DNA from: Phoronis australis
Lineage: Eukaryota > Animalia > Phoronida
Length of the DNA: 40,490 bases
Direction: 5' to 3'
NCBI GenBank assembly: GCA_002633005.1
Contig: NMRA01000878.1
Location: forward strand, 25,960-66,449
Every line of letters begins with the position of its first letter. Within the stretch, counting starts at the first letter, position 1. A model generated the notes under the pieces. It ran no database searches. It was not told the DNA's origin and saw only the letters and a list, made by a program, of their open reading frames with translations. This document shows, one piece after another, positions 1-12,200 of this stretch. The position numbers and the translations under genes were made by a program.

Positions 1-799
1 AATGAATAACAGTTACAGAATACTCAGCATTCCACGTTATACTCAGGTAATTGTAGAGAGAGCTGACGATAACAGTTGCAAGGGTAGTCGATGCAACCAT
101 AGGGAGCGCTGAATCAGCGCGAATTTTCGTGGTTTTGCGTGACACTCCTGATGTTAACAATTCAAAATACACGTGACCTCATCATCTCCCTTAGCTCGTC
201 ATCACATACCGTATACTTAATTAAAGTCAAAAATGATATTTAATGTGACTGCAGCCTGGTTTAACACTGGTCATCCAATTAAGTGTTATAAAGTAGAGTA
301 GAAAAACCATATGTAAATGTTCTCTTTGATCTAAATACCAGTGGATTGGTTCAACTATGACATTCCCAAAGTTTACCTTTCAAAATACAGGACCCCTTCC
401 TTAATTTGTTATAGCATATACTATCTGAAACTAGTCAGTCTGATTAAGTCACTAGCTTTCACTAAGCTTTTACATACGTCAGCACTGAGATAATGCTTCG
501 TTAGTTAAGTGAGGTTGAGTGTAACATGAGCTTTAAAGATGAAAACTGAAATACCAGCATCTTTAAATAAACTGGACAACAAACTTTCAACAAAAACACT
601 TACTAAATAAACTAAATATTATTGGAAAAATTACAAGTGTTGCTACATTGTATTTTGCATTTACCTCAGTTTCTACAATATCACACCAATAACATCTGTT
701 AAATCACTCAAACAATACAGCAGATTATACAACGTTCGGGCGAACATTAAGTTCGGAGTATTCCCGGACATCGTGACTTTCAACTGCATTATTTCCCTA

Positions 800-2310
800 A
801 TTTGACCATTTTCCAGCGCGGTTCAAGGCAGCCAACTGTGAAAAGAAACCTTTATCATGCTGTGGTGTCAGCCAGCTTTCCTCCCTAAGCTGCTTATTCG
901 TCTTCACCACCTTGAAGTTCTTTCAGAGTCTGGTTTGTTGTTCCACTTTCTGAAAAATGACAGGTTGTTTGTAACACTCTCGAATTATACACTTTTTGCA
1001 GAACTTCGCAGAGCCCAGCCGTTACACACTGTCACTGCCTCTGAGTGATCCAATGATTTTAGCTGAGATAATTCGTTTGATCCATGGCGTGCAATATGTA
1101 AAACTATCCTAAGTACAACCAGAAAATAACACGGTGGGTATTTGATTAATTTTTAAATATCGACATAGTGGGTCTCCTAAAACATAACTACACACTATGA
1201 TTGCAACAATTACATAATTCACTGACAAACGAAGTAAAAATTCATTATGGCATGCAGATTGTCAGTTAAAATCGGAATTTATAATGCTATGACTACATTA
1301 TTCATCAATATATGAATAGGAAAAATACTTCCAGTAATGAACTAAAAAGAAGACTCAAAGCAACAATAATGGTTGTTGAAAAGTGAAAGTCAATGAGATG
1401 TTGCATTTTCAGCTTGTGACACGTCGCCACTAGACGTACATATTCTCGGACTAAACTTAAATCTAACACAAACGCTACTGGTAAGTGGACAAAATTGCTC
1501 TGGGCTAGCCGGCACTCTAACAACGGCGACAGGATAGGTATATCATTTGACTTAGGAACTCAAAACAGCTCATCAGTTGTTTGCAGTGATGCAGGCATAG
1601 GACTTTTGAATTTCACCAGTGGGGCCAATAAAAAGCTCTGAGTGTCCTGTTCGAAAACAAGTACTGTCGTTACATTTTTATGATACATGCATTGTCACTC
1701 AGTTTATGAATATCCTGAAAGAGAACCAGTAACTTGCACTGCAGGGCACTGCATTTGAATAACAACTGTTTTTATTGGGGTGCGAACTGGTTCTCGAATC
1801 AGGTATCCATAAAACTGACTATTATCCCCTTAATTCTACCGTGATAAATTCAACTTCAAGCAATGCAGGCCTAGTAGTTATACTCACTCGATCCAACAGG
1901 AAAGAACATATGCATTGACATTGTTGAGTTTCGGTGCAAGTAAGTCGACGTTAGAAATTTCAACAAGCATCCCCACTTCATGCTTGGCACGCAAGCTACT
2001 GCTAATTAAATGGGTGTTTGCGCCTTATACTTGGTTCCACAGATTCCAAGACGAGCCCGGTGTCTTGTCCTTGCCTTAGACGCAGTCACACAGGCGCGTC
2101 ACAGGTCCGGTGAACACGCATTTTTAAATTACCCGACCGTCGCCAAAATCAGTTGCCGCATAGTCTGTAGTTGTGGTGACTTGGTACTCACTTTATGCTG
2201 CACCAAGATTCCACACATGAGCAGAGGATATTCTTTTGAGGTCACACACACTTCATCATATTCCATCATAGCAGTTAACATTACAAGTCATTATAATCAG
2301 CCATTTTGCC
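800..2310 (-). pseudogene. Decayed Sola3-like DNA transposase relic (N-terminal and C-terminal motifs, core largely lost)
   Basis: Minus-strand translation across stops/frameshifts: LILATVG*F...HRARLGI near 2160-2030; KMQHLIDF near 1400; NGWALRSSAKSV*F near 1020-980; SWLTPQHDKGFFSQLAA near 880-825. The same motif order appears in the plus-strand relic at 35077-39386. Element ends not found. Confidence 0.6.
1698..1818. repeat. Small imperfect inverted repeat (MITE-like)
   Basis: tcagtttatgaatatcctgaaagagaaccagt pairs with the reverse complement of actggttctcgaatcaggtatccataaaactga. Confidence 0.5.
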
Positions 2311-3344
2311 ACCACTAAAGTGACACGTGGGGTTGGGTACTGCGTTCGCGAAAAACGCGGAAATTTAATGGAATTGGAAAGAATACCTTAAAGAAGTGCT
2401 CCTGACTTAATGACACTCAACTAAGCATTAATAAACCAACATTTGAATCAAAACTGCCCTCTACTGGTGTTTTAGTTTTCCAAAAAGGTATCAGTACTGC
2501 AGATAATTTTCACTCAGGTGGTTGTCAAAATCTTGCGATTCCTGTAGCCAAATGCTGTTCGCCAGAAGATTTCATTGTACCAATCAACATCACTAATAGG
2601 CCATGGGCCGTAGGCCACAGGAGGCCTAGAAAACCACTTCTGTCACCACTTGAGGGGGCAATTTCATTCAAGTACTGTTGAAGTCATAATCATTGTACTT
2701 TAGGAATTAAAAAGTTCCAACGTTTAAACTTGCACATTTTTGTGAAATTTGATGTTAAAATTGTGCTAATTCAACAAATTCTACATTGAATTAAAAAATT
2801 AGAAAAGAAAAAAATCAAGTGCCCATAAAGAATGATACTGCATATATTATTCCTACAGACTGTATTAAGTCATAATAAACATATACGTTGTTGTATTTTT
2901 CAATTAAAATGTAGAATAATGGAAAAAGTATGAATTATGGGTGCTACCTGTTGGCGAAATATGGAACTGCCATTCATAGTGTTTTATGCTGTTTTTATTG
3001 TTGGTAAAACTATAATTGTCAAACTGAACAATGCTCACCTTTATTTCAAGACACATTTACCAATCGGTTATACAAAAACAATCACTGTTACAAATCCAAA
3101 GCATACACTTTGTCAAAAAATGGAGACAAAAGGTATAGAGTAACAACAATTGCAATCGGATGAAGTACAAAAGGCGGACAATTTAACAAAATCAAAAGCC
3201 ATTATTAGAGACTTTAATATGATGATAGAAAAATGTTTCACAAATCATCAGGCTCAATGGGCCAGTTAATAGCCTGGGTTCTGTCTCTTGAGAAGGTGTC
3301 TTTCCAAGTTCCTCTGGTTGGGATGCAAGTCCATCAAACCGTTA

Positions 3345-3847
3345 CTCGTCATCTGACTCAACTTCATCACTCACTTTGACATTTCCACCGTTTTAGCAAT
3401 TGCACAATTTAGTGCATTTTAGTCCAACATTTACAAAAGAACAAATGTTTGTTTAACAACAGTTCACTCTGAACCAGGCCAAGGGAGGGTATAATCGAGT
3501 AAATTCTCTGTAATTTTGATTTCAGATTTCCAGTTTGGACACATACATTACAACCTCTTTTCAACATAGCTTCCTCGAGGAGTGACTTTATTAGAAGCAA
3601 ATGCAATATTTCCCCATGAGAGATTATTTGTTGCTCCACAAATTTAAAGCACAACTCTTGAAATACATCTGTTAAAATTTCATTGCTTTCACTATCGCCA
3701 GATTTCTGTTTTGTCAGTGGTCTAGTGAAGCTTTTGTAGCACGAACGATGGCATTTGGCTTCGAGTGCTACCAGAAGTCTTCCCTGTACTCTGATCAAAA
3801 GGTCCAAGTCTTTTCCTGTCTCAGCAGCACCCAACAACAACCCACCT
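3345..3847 (-). pseudogene. Academ-type transposase remnant: N-terminal LVA.EAK.H..CY region joined to C-terminal Cys-rich (CXC/Cys8) tail
   Basis: ORF 3409-3840 reads LLGAAETGKDLDLLIRVQGRLLVALEAKCHRSCYKSF...LKSKL. A shifted frame reads CC*TNICSFVNVGLKCTKLCNC*NGGN...DEVESDDE*. A polypyrimidine-TAG acceptor precedes it at ~3848. Confidence 0.75.
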
Positions 3848-3916
3848 ACAACCAGTAAAGGTTAAAAAATAAAACCGTGGTCAGAGTTTCAAAACATGGA
3901 AAGTGTTATAGGCCTG

Positions 3917-4126
3917 GGGCCCGTTCCAAGAAAACTGTCTTAGCTAAGGAATACGGCCATTTTGACAAACTTAAGATCGAGTTAAGACAAAAACTTAAGT
4001 CAGTCTTAGCTAAGATTTTTTTTTGGAACGCAAAACAATCTTAGGATTTGTCTTAAGTCAAAAACTTAAGAAAAGTCTTAAACTTAAGTCAAAAATGAAC
4101 TTAAGTCAGTTTCTTGGAACGGGCCC
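3917..4126. mobile_element. PIF/Harbinger-like MITE built of CTTAAG/CTAAG repeats, nested in the Academ element
   Basis: TIR GGGCCCGTTCCAAGAAA at both ends; flanks CTG and CAG (CWG-type target); interior has many CTTAAG palindromes. Confidence 0.75.
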
Positions 4127-4607
4127 CAGTATTACAAAACGATAGATGTTGACATGCACTCAATTCATTTCTGCAATAACTGAATGGAAGCCAAAAGAAT
4201 GATCAAAAGACAGGTAGAAAACACTCAAAGAAGTCGTGCATATACAAGGCCTAGCCAGCTGTACTAAAAAGTGAAAATGATACCCATGGGTTTGTATGCA
4301 AGATGGTCTGAGAACAATTTTGTGTTTAAAAATTAGTATACAATTTCAAATATGCACACAAGTCCTTACAATCATGCAAGTAATCTAAATTGTACTTTCA
4401 CTCAAATAAAATTCGTTTTATCAAAAACGTAAAAATGGAACTTTTGAAGACAGTGCTCCAACAACACTGCACAAAATTAATTTTTAAGCAAACCATTAAC
4501 AAACTATGTTGAATGAGCAAAACCTGTGAGTAAAAGTAGCTTAAAATGTAAAGGTGGTGCTCCAGATATAGGTGTATTCTCAATAGTTAAACTGATGGGC
4601 AATCACC

Positions 4608-4754
4608 TGGGGCCAGGGTGTAATCTCCAAACTCAGGCTCACAGCCTAACTATCCACACAGCACAATTCAAGTGAATTTACTCAATTTGTGGCATGCAAT
4701 AGGCCAGTTTTCAAGCTGAGCTTTGAGTATGGAGATTAGCTCTCCCCACCCCTG
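4608..4754. repeat. Degenerate short inverted-repeat element
   Basis: ctggggccagggtgtaatctccaaactcaggctca resembles the reverse complement of the right end (caggggtggggagagctaatctccatactcaaagctca). No TSD seen. Confidence 0.35.
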
Positions 4755-6533
4755 AACATTGCAAAAAGTTTAATTTGATAGATATCGTACACTGTCCGAG
4801 AGTTATGGTTACAGAGAAAAGAACAATGTACACAGAAGAAAATGTTCATCTTGTTATTGGGTTATGAGTCCTACCTGCATTTGAATGACATCACACGGGC
4901 CGATTATTCAGTGAATTACCTAGATGCTCGATTCAAACACAAGCACGCCAGACAACCAAATACAGGGAACACTGTCTTTTTACGTGTTGTGCACATATGG
5001 GCTTCCCAGTCAGTTCCCAACTTAGCCAACTCGCACACATCAAGTCAACTCGTAACCGTGCTAAAGACATAATTGATAAATTTTCATTTTTGTTCACTAA
5101 AAACAGGTAATATTGAGTCGTTTTGCATAAATATGGCACGATTGATTGATATTAATCACTGTTTTGTCAAATTAAATAGTTTTGAAATACTTTTGAAATT
5201 TGACATAGATACGGATTGACTTCGGTTTGAAGTGTTCTGTTTCTCATTGATGCACTTACTACACTGTCACTAACTCAGTGACTTGGGTCAATTTATCATA
5301 CTCCCAGAAAAAAATTAACACTCACTATCATCTTTGTAGAAATCAGGCGGTTCTGTTCTCGGCATACTTTATAGTTTCGCAATCTTTCCTCTTTGCTCTT
5401 TCAATCTTTGTGACGTCAGTAAGCTTATATAACATGATTTGTGATACTACTGCCTGGAGCCCACGCCAATCCGTGAAGTTACTTGATGCAAATGCCAACT
5501 GGTGACACTCATTGTGCTCATTACTTTTTTCATCTCCAAGGGAAAGACATTATTTTACACATGCAATGTTTTTTGCCCATGTCATTTTCCAGAAACTCAA
5601 AAGATCAGACGAATTTACTCCTTAAATTTGTATGCAGCATTCATTGACAGCATCTCCTAAGGAAGCCGCCATGTTAGAATGCAGTTACTGAATTTCTGAG
5701 TATGTGATTGGCTTAAGATGTCATCTTGTGTTATTCTTTCGTTAGATTTAGCCCCATCTCTTGTTCAATAATGTAACATTTGGACTTGCCAATAAATTGT
5801 TTTCTACAAAAAATGTGCAACTTAAAACGTGGGAAGTTTTCATTTATCAATTGCTTAATGGTATATCTAGCCATACAGAACAAAAATCAAGTTGCCCCAT
5901 AAAATGGTCACTGATTCAAGAGACTGGAGCTACGGCCCATGGCCTATAAGATAGAAACGTCTTGGGTAAATGCGTGGTGTTGATCAGCGTTGTTCTAGCT
6001 GTGATATACGGGCTCAAAGTAGCAAAAATGCAATGCTTCGTTAACCTATGTCCTCCCTATACTTTATCCCTGACATTTTTAATTTAACGACATCGATAAT
6101 GAGTATTGTTTAACATCTTTGTGAAGCCGAAGACTTGCTTTTTTAAAATTACAAAAAATAAGCAACGGTATTTATTATTATGTATTGCAAAAAAGGCACT
6201 TTCGGTTAGTCCATTGCATGGTTTACACCAATAATAGAGGCTCCCTAATTTCTCCCCCATAAACAAGGTAGAATGAGATTGGACTTTACTGTTTTGTTTA
6301 CCATCACACAGATAACAAAAATGCATAGGATGGTTAAAATCCGTGACATTGGGTTTATCAGCCCTCTGGACATTTTGCCTGCTGTGAGACGTACTTCACT
6401 CTTAGAAGGTTTTGAGGAATGGAATTTCAGCAATGGGAGTGCACCAAGTTTTTAACTCGTGAAATTAAGGGTGGAGCTTGCTTGGCGATGATGTTGGGCG
6501 TTTTTATAGGGACATTAAGCAACAATCACTCAC

Positions 6534-6779
6534 TTGATGCGGCTAGATCTTCATCGGAAGTTCCGTCTAAACGATTGTTCCTAAAAGCTTCTATGTAATA
6601 ATAAAATTTAGTTCCAGGAATCAAGCCAACAATTGTGTAATTCCTTGCTGTTTTGTTTGCATGGTAGACCTTGGAATTGAAATGAATCCTGAAGCCGTCA
6701 CAAGGTGCCAGTCGTTGCCAATGGAGAGTTACTGTCGTGAATGTACTCGTATAAATCCAAAGGTGAGGTACGTCCGTCT
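6534..6779 (-). CDS. Internal coding exon of a host gene: one fibronectin type III domain
   Basis: Open 246-bp exon, acceptor tttttatcttgatAG, donor GTGAGT, phase 1-1. Peptide TDVPHLWIYTSTFTTVTLHWQR...DGFRIHF...NYTIVGLIPGTKFYYYIEAF matches the FN3 pattern (W, Y/F, L.PGT.Y-like, A). Confidence 0.88.
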
Positions 6780-7589
6780 CTATCAAGATAAAAATTCAGA
6801 TAAAATTACAAACAATGATTTAAATAACAAGACCAACCAGAGCCTCGATACGTGCCCACCGTGTGCATCCTGTATGTCACTTAAGAGTGATTAGTTTAAA
6901 CATTTCCAGAATGCAGAGCAATACAATTAAAAATAAAATGGCTCAAAACAAACTTGACTAAAATTGAATTCCACGAAGATCGATCCACTAGTTTGGTAGA
7001 TGCCTAAGCTGACAGTAAGAAACAAAAATAAAACACTAGTGGCTTTTTCTGGTGAGGACGCTGTCTAATCTCATGAAACAATTTCACAAAAACCGGTCAA
7101 CTCGTTGGGCAGACAGACTTAGTAGCCAAAAACTTTTTGCCACGAAGTATTGCCAATTTCTCATCGGGGGGTCGTAGGCATAGGAGGGCACGTTCTAGCC
7201 AAAAGCAATGCAGCATGAGGAAACACCATGGCAACTAAAATACAGGTACGGGCACGAGCGACCACCGAATGAAAGGCACCAAAACTTAGAGAAGATAGAA
7301 AATTCAGAGTATTTGCCAACTGCCAGCAGTTGATTTGTCATTTCAGGTTATTGACCAGGACATTATTTTTAGAGGAGCCATTCTTTCAGCAAAGGTTGTC
7401 TAAGCTCACTTTAAAACGTGTAACTTTATGGTTAATGCATTCACGTATTTCGAAACAAGCGAGAAAAACTATTTAAAGCATCATTTTATCAGAACAAATT
7501 GATTCACTGGATTTTGAAAACAAAACTGATAATTTCACACGTAGAAAATAAATCTGAAACTAAGTAAGGCCATCCAGATCCTCTCAAGG

Positions 7590-7745
7590 ATACTATTGTT
7601 TCACGAAATGTAGAATATATTTTGGTATATAAAACAACAAGAGTGGATCTCCTGAAATTATCGGATATAATAACATCCTTCGTCAACAGAAACAGAAATA
7701 AAATAAAATCAAACACTATATAACAATTGACATTTAAGATGTGGC
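7590..7745 (-). repeat. Inverted copy of the Penelope-like pseudo-LTR / 3' UTR
   Basis: Reverse complement aligns with 9105-9207 plus 14393-14435 (catcttaaatgtcaattg...gatcca.tcttgttgttttat...tattctacattt). Confidence 0.8.
7652..7686 (-). ncRNA. Degenerate minimal hammerhead-ribozyme-like motif in the pLTR
   Basis: Minus strand TTGACGA-A-GGATGT-TATT-ATATCC-GATA resembles CUGANGA-stem II-GAAA with two core substitutions. More decayed copies at ~9165-9195 and ~14350-14380. Confidence 0.5.
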
Positions 7746-8224
7746 GTAACGAATGTGATACATTGTTGCACAAAAAATCAATGATATAATTTTAAAAAAT
7801 TTTATGTTTAATCCATAAGGTTCTAGTATAGCTTGACTTCAACTCATCTCATCTGCAAATTCTACACCCTGCGAAAAAATCCCGGGGAATAAAAACGATT
7901 AACATTGTTTATTTACCTCACGGACACAATTTTGATCAGTTGAAATAGCCGCTAAAACGAGTACGCAGCACGTTGGTTCTTTTGCCACTCACCCCTTTTA
8001 GGGCACAGCGGGCTCATGTTGTATCAACAGAATGAAATACTGTATAAAAGCGATATAACTGACGCAGTCTGTATATCCACGTGCTCCCTTTGCAACATAC
8101 TTAATAACAATATCTCATCAACCAAGAAAACAATAAAAACAAGGACAAACCGTGGTTTAGCAACACAAGTGAGTCTGAAGTAGATAAAAGAAATGAGCTG
8201 CATGCATGGTTCAGAAATACTAGC

Positions 8225-9207
8225 AACCCTTACACGTTTAAGTGTTACAAAGAGCAGTGCAAACGTGTGGAAGAACTTATTAAACAATATAATAAGGAGA
8301 AAATCTCAAGTACTTTCTAGTTCAACGTCACTTCCACTTACATCTTATGCACAAACAGTATGACAAAGTCCGTTCAATCACACGAAATGAATCTTTAAGA
8401 ACTAAAACTAAAGCCAATACTACTAATGGAATACTATTCATAACTATGTTCAATCCATGTTTAAACGAAATTAGCCACGTCTTCAGAAAACATCTTTCCA
8501 CGCTGCATATTTCACCTCAAATGAAAACCCTATTTCCTCATCCACCTAGAATTTCTTGGAGATAATGTAAAAATCTAAAAAAAATATTTAGTTAAAGCTA
8601 ATGTCGACAATCTGCACCCAACTGACAAACATATTGGCAACACACAATGTAACAAAACTAGGTGTAAAATGTGTAACTTTATCAACGATAGCACTTTTTT
8701 CCAGTCTTCCCAAACCAATGAAAACTTTGAAATAAAACATTATTCTGATTGTACCACCAACAATCTTTTTTACCTTATAACTTGTAAAAATGTTCTATCC
8801 AATACGTAGGACACACTCAACATACATTTAATCTAAAAACTCGTTTTCGTAATCATAGATTTAACATAATACATAAAAACATTTCTGATACTATAGGTAA
8901 TCGTTTCAATTCCAAAAACCATAATATTCAAGATCTTTCTGTACAAATAATAGAAAAACTATAACACCACAGTACCCCTCACAGACTCAAAAGAGAACAA
9001 CGTTAGATAGACAAGCTGAATACAATAGAACCTCATGAATTTAACATAAAAACTTCTTAAATATATCATTGCATTTTTTACGCCAAAATGTATCATATCC
9101 ATTACACCATATCTTAAATGTCAATTGTCATATAGTGTTTGATTTTACTTTATTTCTGTTTCTGTTGACAAAGGACCTTATTACATCGGAAATTTTTAGT
9201 TGATCCA
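8225..9207 (+). mobile_element. 5'-truncated Penelope-like retroelement (GIY-YIG endonuclease relic, 3' UTR interrupted at 9207)
   Basis: Frameshifted translation: FPHPPRISW...NL...LVKA...CNKTRCKMC...CTTNNLFYLITC...QYVGHT...RFRNHR...REQR*IDKLNTIEPHEFN, stop at ~9060. 8225-8285 is repeated at 14445-14505. Confidence 0.88.
9135..9207 (+). repeat. Left copy of a 73-bp direct duplication flanking the 5.1-kb TIR element
   Basis: Identical to 14320-14392 except one substitution (cctta/cgtta). Confidence 0.92.
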
Positions 9208-12200
9208 TACTGCACACATCACGAATTTTTGGCCGACCAGTCGGAAATTGGTCGACGACCGGCCGTCGACCGGTCGTCTAGCCGACCACCAGCCGACCAA
9301 CAACGGTCGGCTAGGAGCCGTCTGCTTAGTCGCCTCTGTGGTCGGCACTTGGGTCGGCTAGCTTGACGACCAATTCGGATTAAACGTGTCCTCGGTCGGC
9401 AATTAGCATTTTATGACTTAGCGAGGGAACTTTGGACAAACAAACATTTAACTGTTCGCTGTTCGTTTACCAGAGGCAACTCCGGTCTTGACATCGGTTT
9501 ATCAAATTTTGTTCAACTATTAAATGGAGGTAAAATCGAATCAACCTACAAATACGAAGTGCGTGGCATTACACAAGCCGAATACCTTATGTTGAATTAA
9601 TGACGGCGTGGTAAAATCAAACGTTAAGTGATATAGCGGAAAAATAATTTCTAACTTTAGATATCAGACTTTTTATGCAGTGCATTATGCATAAAAACAA
9701 GCACGAAATTTGAAATTTACAGCAAAATTGCATAAAAATCAGAATACAACACTGGATATTTTATGACCTCAAATGTTTTCATGCCGCGGATTGCTGAACA
9801 AGCAGCACGCATTTGCGCTCATCCGTTATTGCTCTTGATCATCACTTCGTCACGCTGTATATTGCGCTTTACCACAGATAATTATTGTTTATTTCTGTAT
9901 AATTTCTTAATATGTTTGTACAGCAAAAGAACCCAAGTTTATTTTAGGAACAATATAAACAATGGTTTGAACATACATGTAGCGCCGATATTAAATCATG
10001 GGCGCATGAAAACGGAAGACTGTGATCGGTTTATAGTGTAATCCATCATCCATCATCATTCTGAAATTGTTGTCACTTTCGCAGTAAAAATTTTTTCGAA
10101 GCTAGAGCCCTCCTATCTAGCCAGCTAGCTGTGAAGACTATTTTCAAAATACAGCAAGGTGCCACCGCGTATTGAGCTCAAACAGACCTCGAAATTTCAC
10201 ACAGCCCGGATAGATACTTGTACGCTTGTCACCTCGTCGAAAAGCTTGTATCAACATGGGCTCAAGACAGGCGAGTTTGCATGCAAACTGTGGAAGAGAA
10301 TTGGCATTCAAGTTGCCCGTTACGGCCGTTTAAACGAAAAACACCCGACGTCATCTTCTTGCGTAATTCTCTGCCTTTTGTAACGAAAAAAATTATGTCG
10401 TCGTTTTGAAAAGAGTTCATTCGTGACACGCGCCACTTTCAAAATGTTTTCGACATCTCCCATTATATGGTGACAACATCTCAGCAAAATTTGGTTCACT
10501 GATATCAAAATTCCAAAAACATATAATGAAGTGAAACCAATTCTGATCATTTGTCTTGATGTTTACGCAACCTCTAGGGAGAACGTTTGATTGAAGAATC
10601 TGGGAAAAAGAAACTAACTGACTAATAGGTGACGCAATATTTCATTGCGTCGAAAGTCGACGCAAAAGGTTATACCCTAATTTTAGCAGCAGAATAATTG
10701 TAGAAAACCAAATTTTGCAACGCTGGTAAATAATTTAGATTATTGTAGGAAGATTTTATTTGGTCAGTTTTTACCCACAACGGCGCAAATTTGTATATTT
10801 AATTTAGTAAACACCTTCGTACCAAGGCTAGAGCCTTCCCAGCCCTTTGGCGTAAGAACACAATTGTTGGCATTTCGCGTATACTCCAGGGGGTAAAACT
10901 TTGAAAATAATATTTTCGGGGTAACCTGGTACAGGTAATCCTAAAAAACTTGTCTGTGTTTTCATGTAGAGCGTAAAAATTATTAACCCAGTGATTCAAA
11001 AAGAACACTCTCGCAAACGTTAACGAACAAAATTTTCAGCTCTATTACCCTGGTTAAAAAACAACTTCTATAAGTTTATTGCATCGGATTCTAGTGATCA
11101 CCATGGGCAAGCCAAATCTCTTAAGGGGGCGCAATTTCAAACCTTTGGCATGAATCAGTGATATAAAAATGGAATTAAACCGACTTTAATTCATCAGCTA
11201 TGTAGACACAAAAGTTACAGGCACTGACTGCGTTTGTAAACGTCTTGTGGCAATGATAAAAATAAATGTTTCTACTATGATTGATAACAAGTTTTACTCT
11301 GATGAGGTATGATGCAATATATATGTCTAATATGCAGATCGGCAGTTGCAAAAATATTTACTGGATTTAATGAATCCGTTTGATATGAACCACTGTAAAA
11401 GTATGATTACTAATTGTACATTCGAAGCACGCCTCATTAGACTAAAAACATACACACACATGCTTGATGATCCTGGGAGTACCTCTAGGCATGAATGAAG
11501 ATATATAGTTGTTAAGCCATAGAGGATAATAAGGCTTACATAATATCACACTGAGTCATCTACACCAGGCATATACAAAGGATACAGTATTTTAAAAGCA
11601 TCCACAACTACTCATTTTTCATAGTCATAACTACTCATTTTTCATAGTATTACTAAATCACGAACACCTAGATTTATATAAGAAGTTACACAGAACGCTG
11701 CTAAACAACTTTCTCTCTCACATTTATGGGAGGCCTAATTTGCAACATTTAACAACATATATTTTCTATACAAGATTAATACCAAGCAAAACATGTTAAC
11801 TCTCCAGGACCAAAGATAAATATCTCAAAACCAGAAATTTTACTTAAGCAAGAATTAAAACAATCCAATACATTGAGATTGTTTTCACACAGAAGACCAA
11901 AAAAAAAACAAATACAGACTAAAATTCACCACGTCAAGACTGAAATTTATCACATCAGCACCTATAATTTATCAAGTGAGGACCAAATATTCTTCATTTC
12001 AGGATCAAAATAAAATACGACCGAACTGAAAATTTAATAAGCCACTTTCAAAAACTTACAACGTCAGTAACTTTACACGCCAGAACACCACGTCACCATC
12101 CCCAAGCATTGATCCTTCAAAGTGATAATGTTCGTATTATACGTATAAACAAGGGCTAAATGTTCAACCTCTTGCCGACAAGACATGTTATCTTGGAATG

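Larger units (their letters stand above)
2597..5946 (-). mobile_element. Non-autonomous Academ-type DNA transposon
   Basis: Perfect 17-bp TIR TAGGCCATGGGCCGTAG (2597-2613 / 5930-5946), further subterminal similarity, TAA on both flanks (2594-2596, 5947-5949) as 3-bp TSD, and an internal transposase relic. Confidence 0.85.

Noticed and set aside
6084-6433. Cys-containing short ORFs (CYLC...WCKPC) beside the FN3 exon
   Set aside because: No convincing splice sites or recognisable domain spacing; cannot be assigned.
9231-9400. GC-rich GCCGAC clusters as CpG-island promoters (also 14110-14300, 29165-29340)
   Set aside because: They are the subterminal repeats of one TIR element family.
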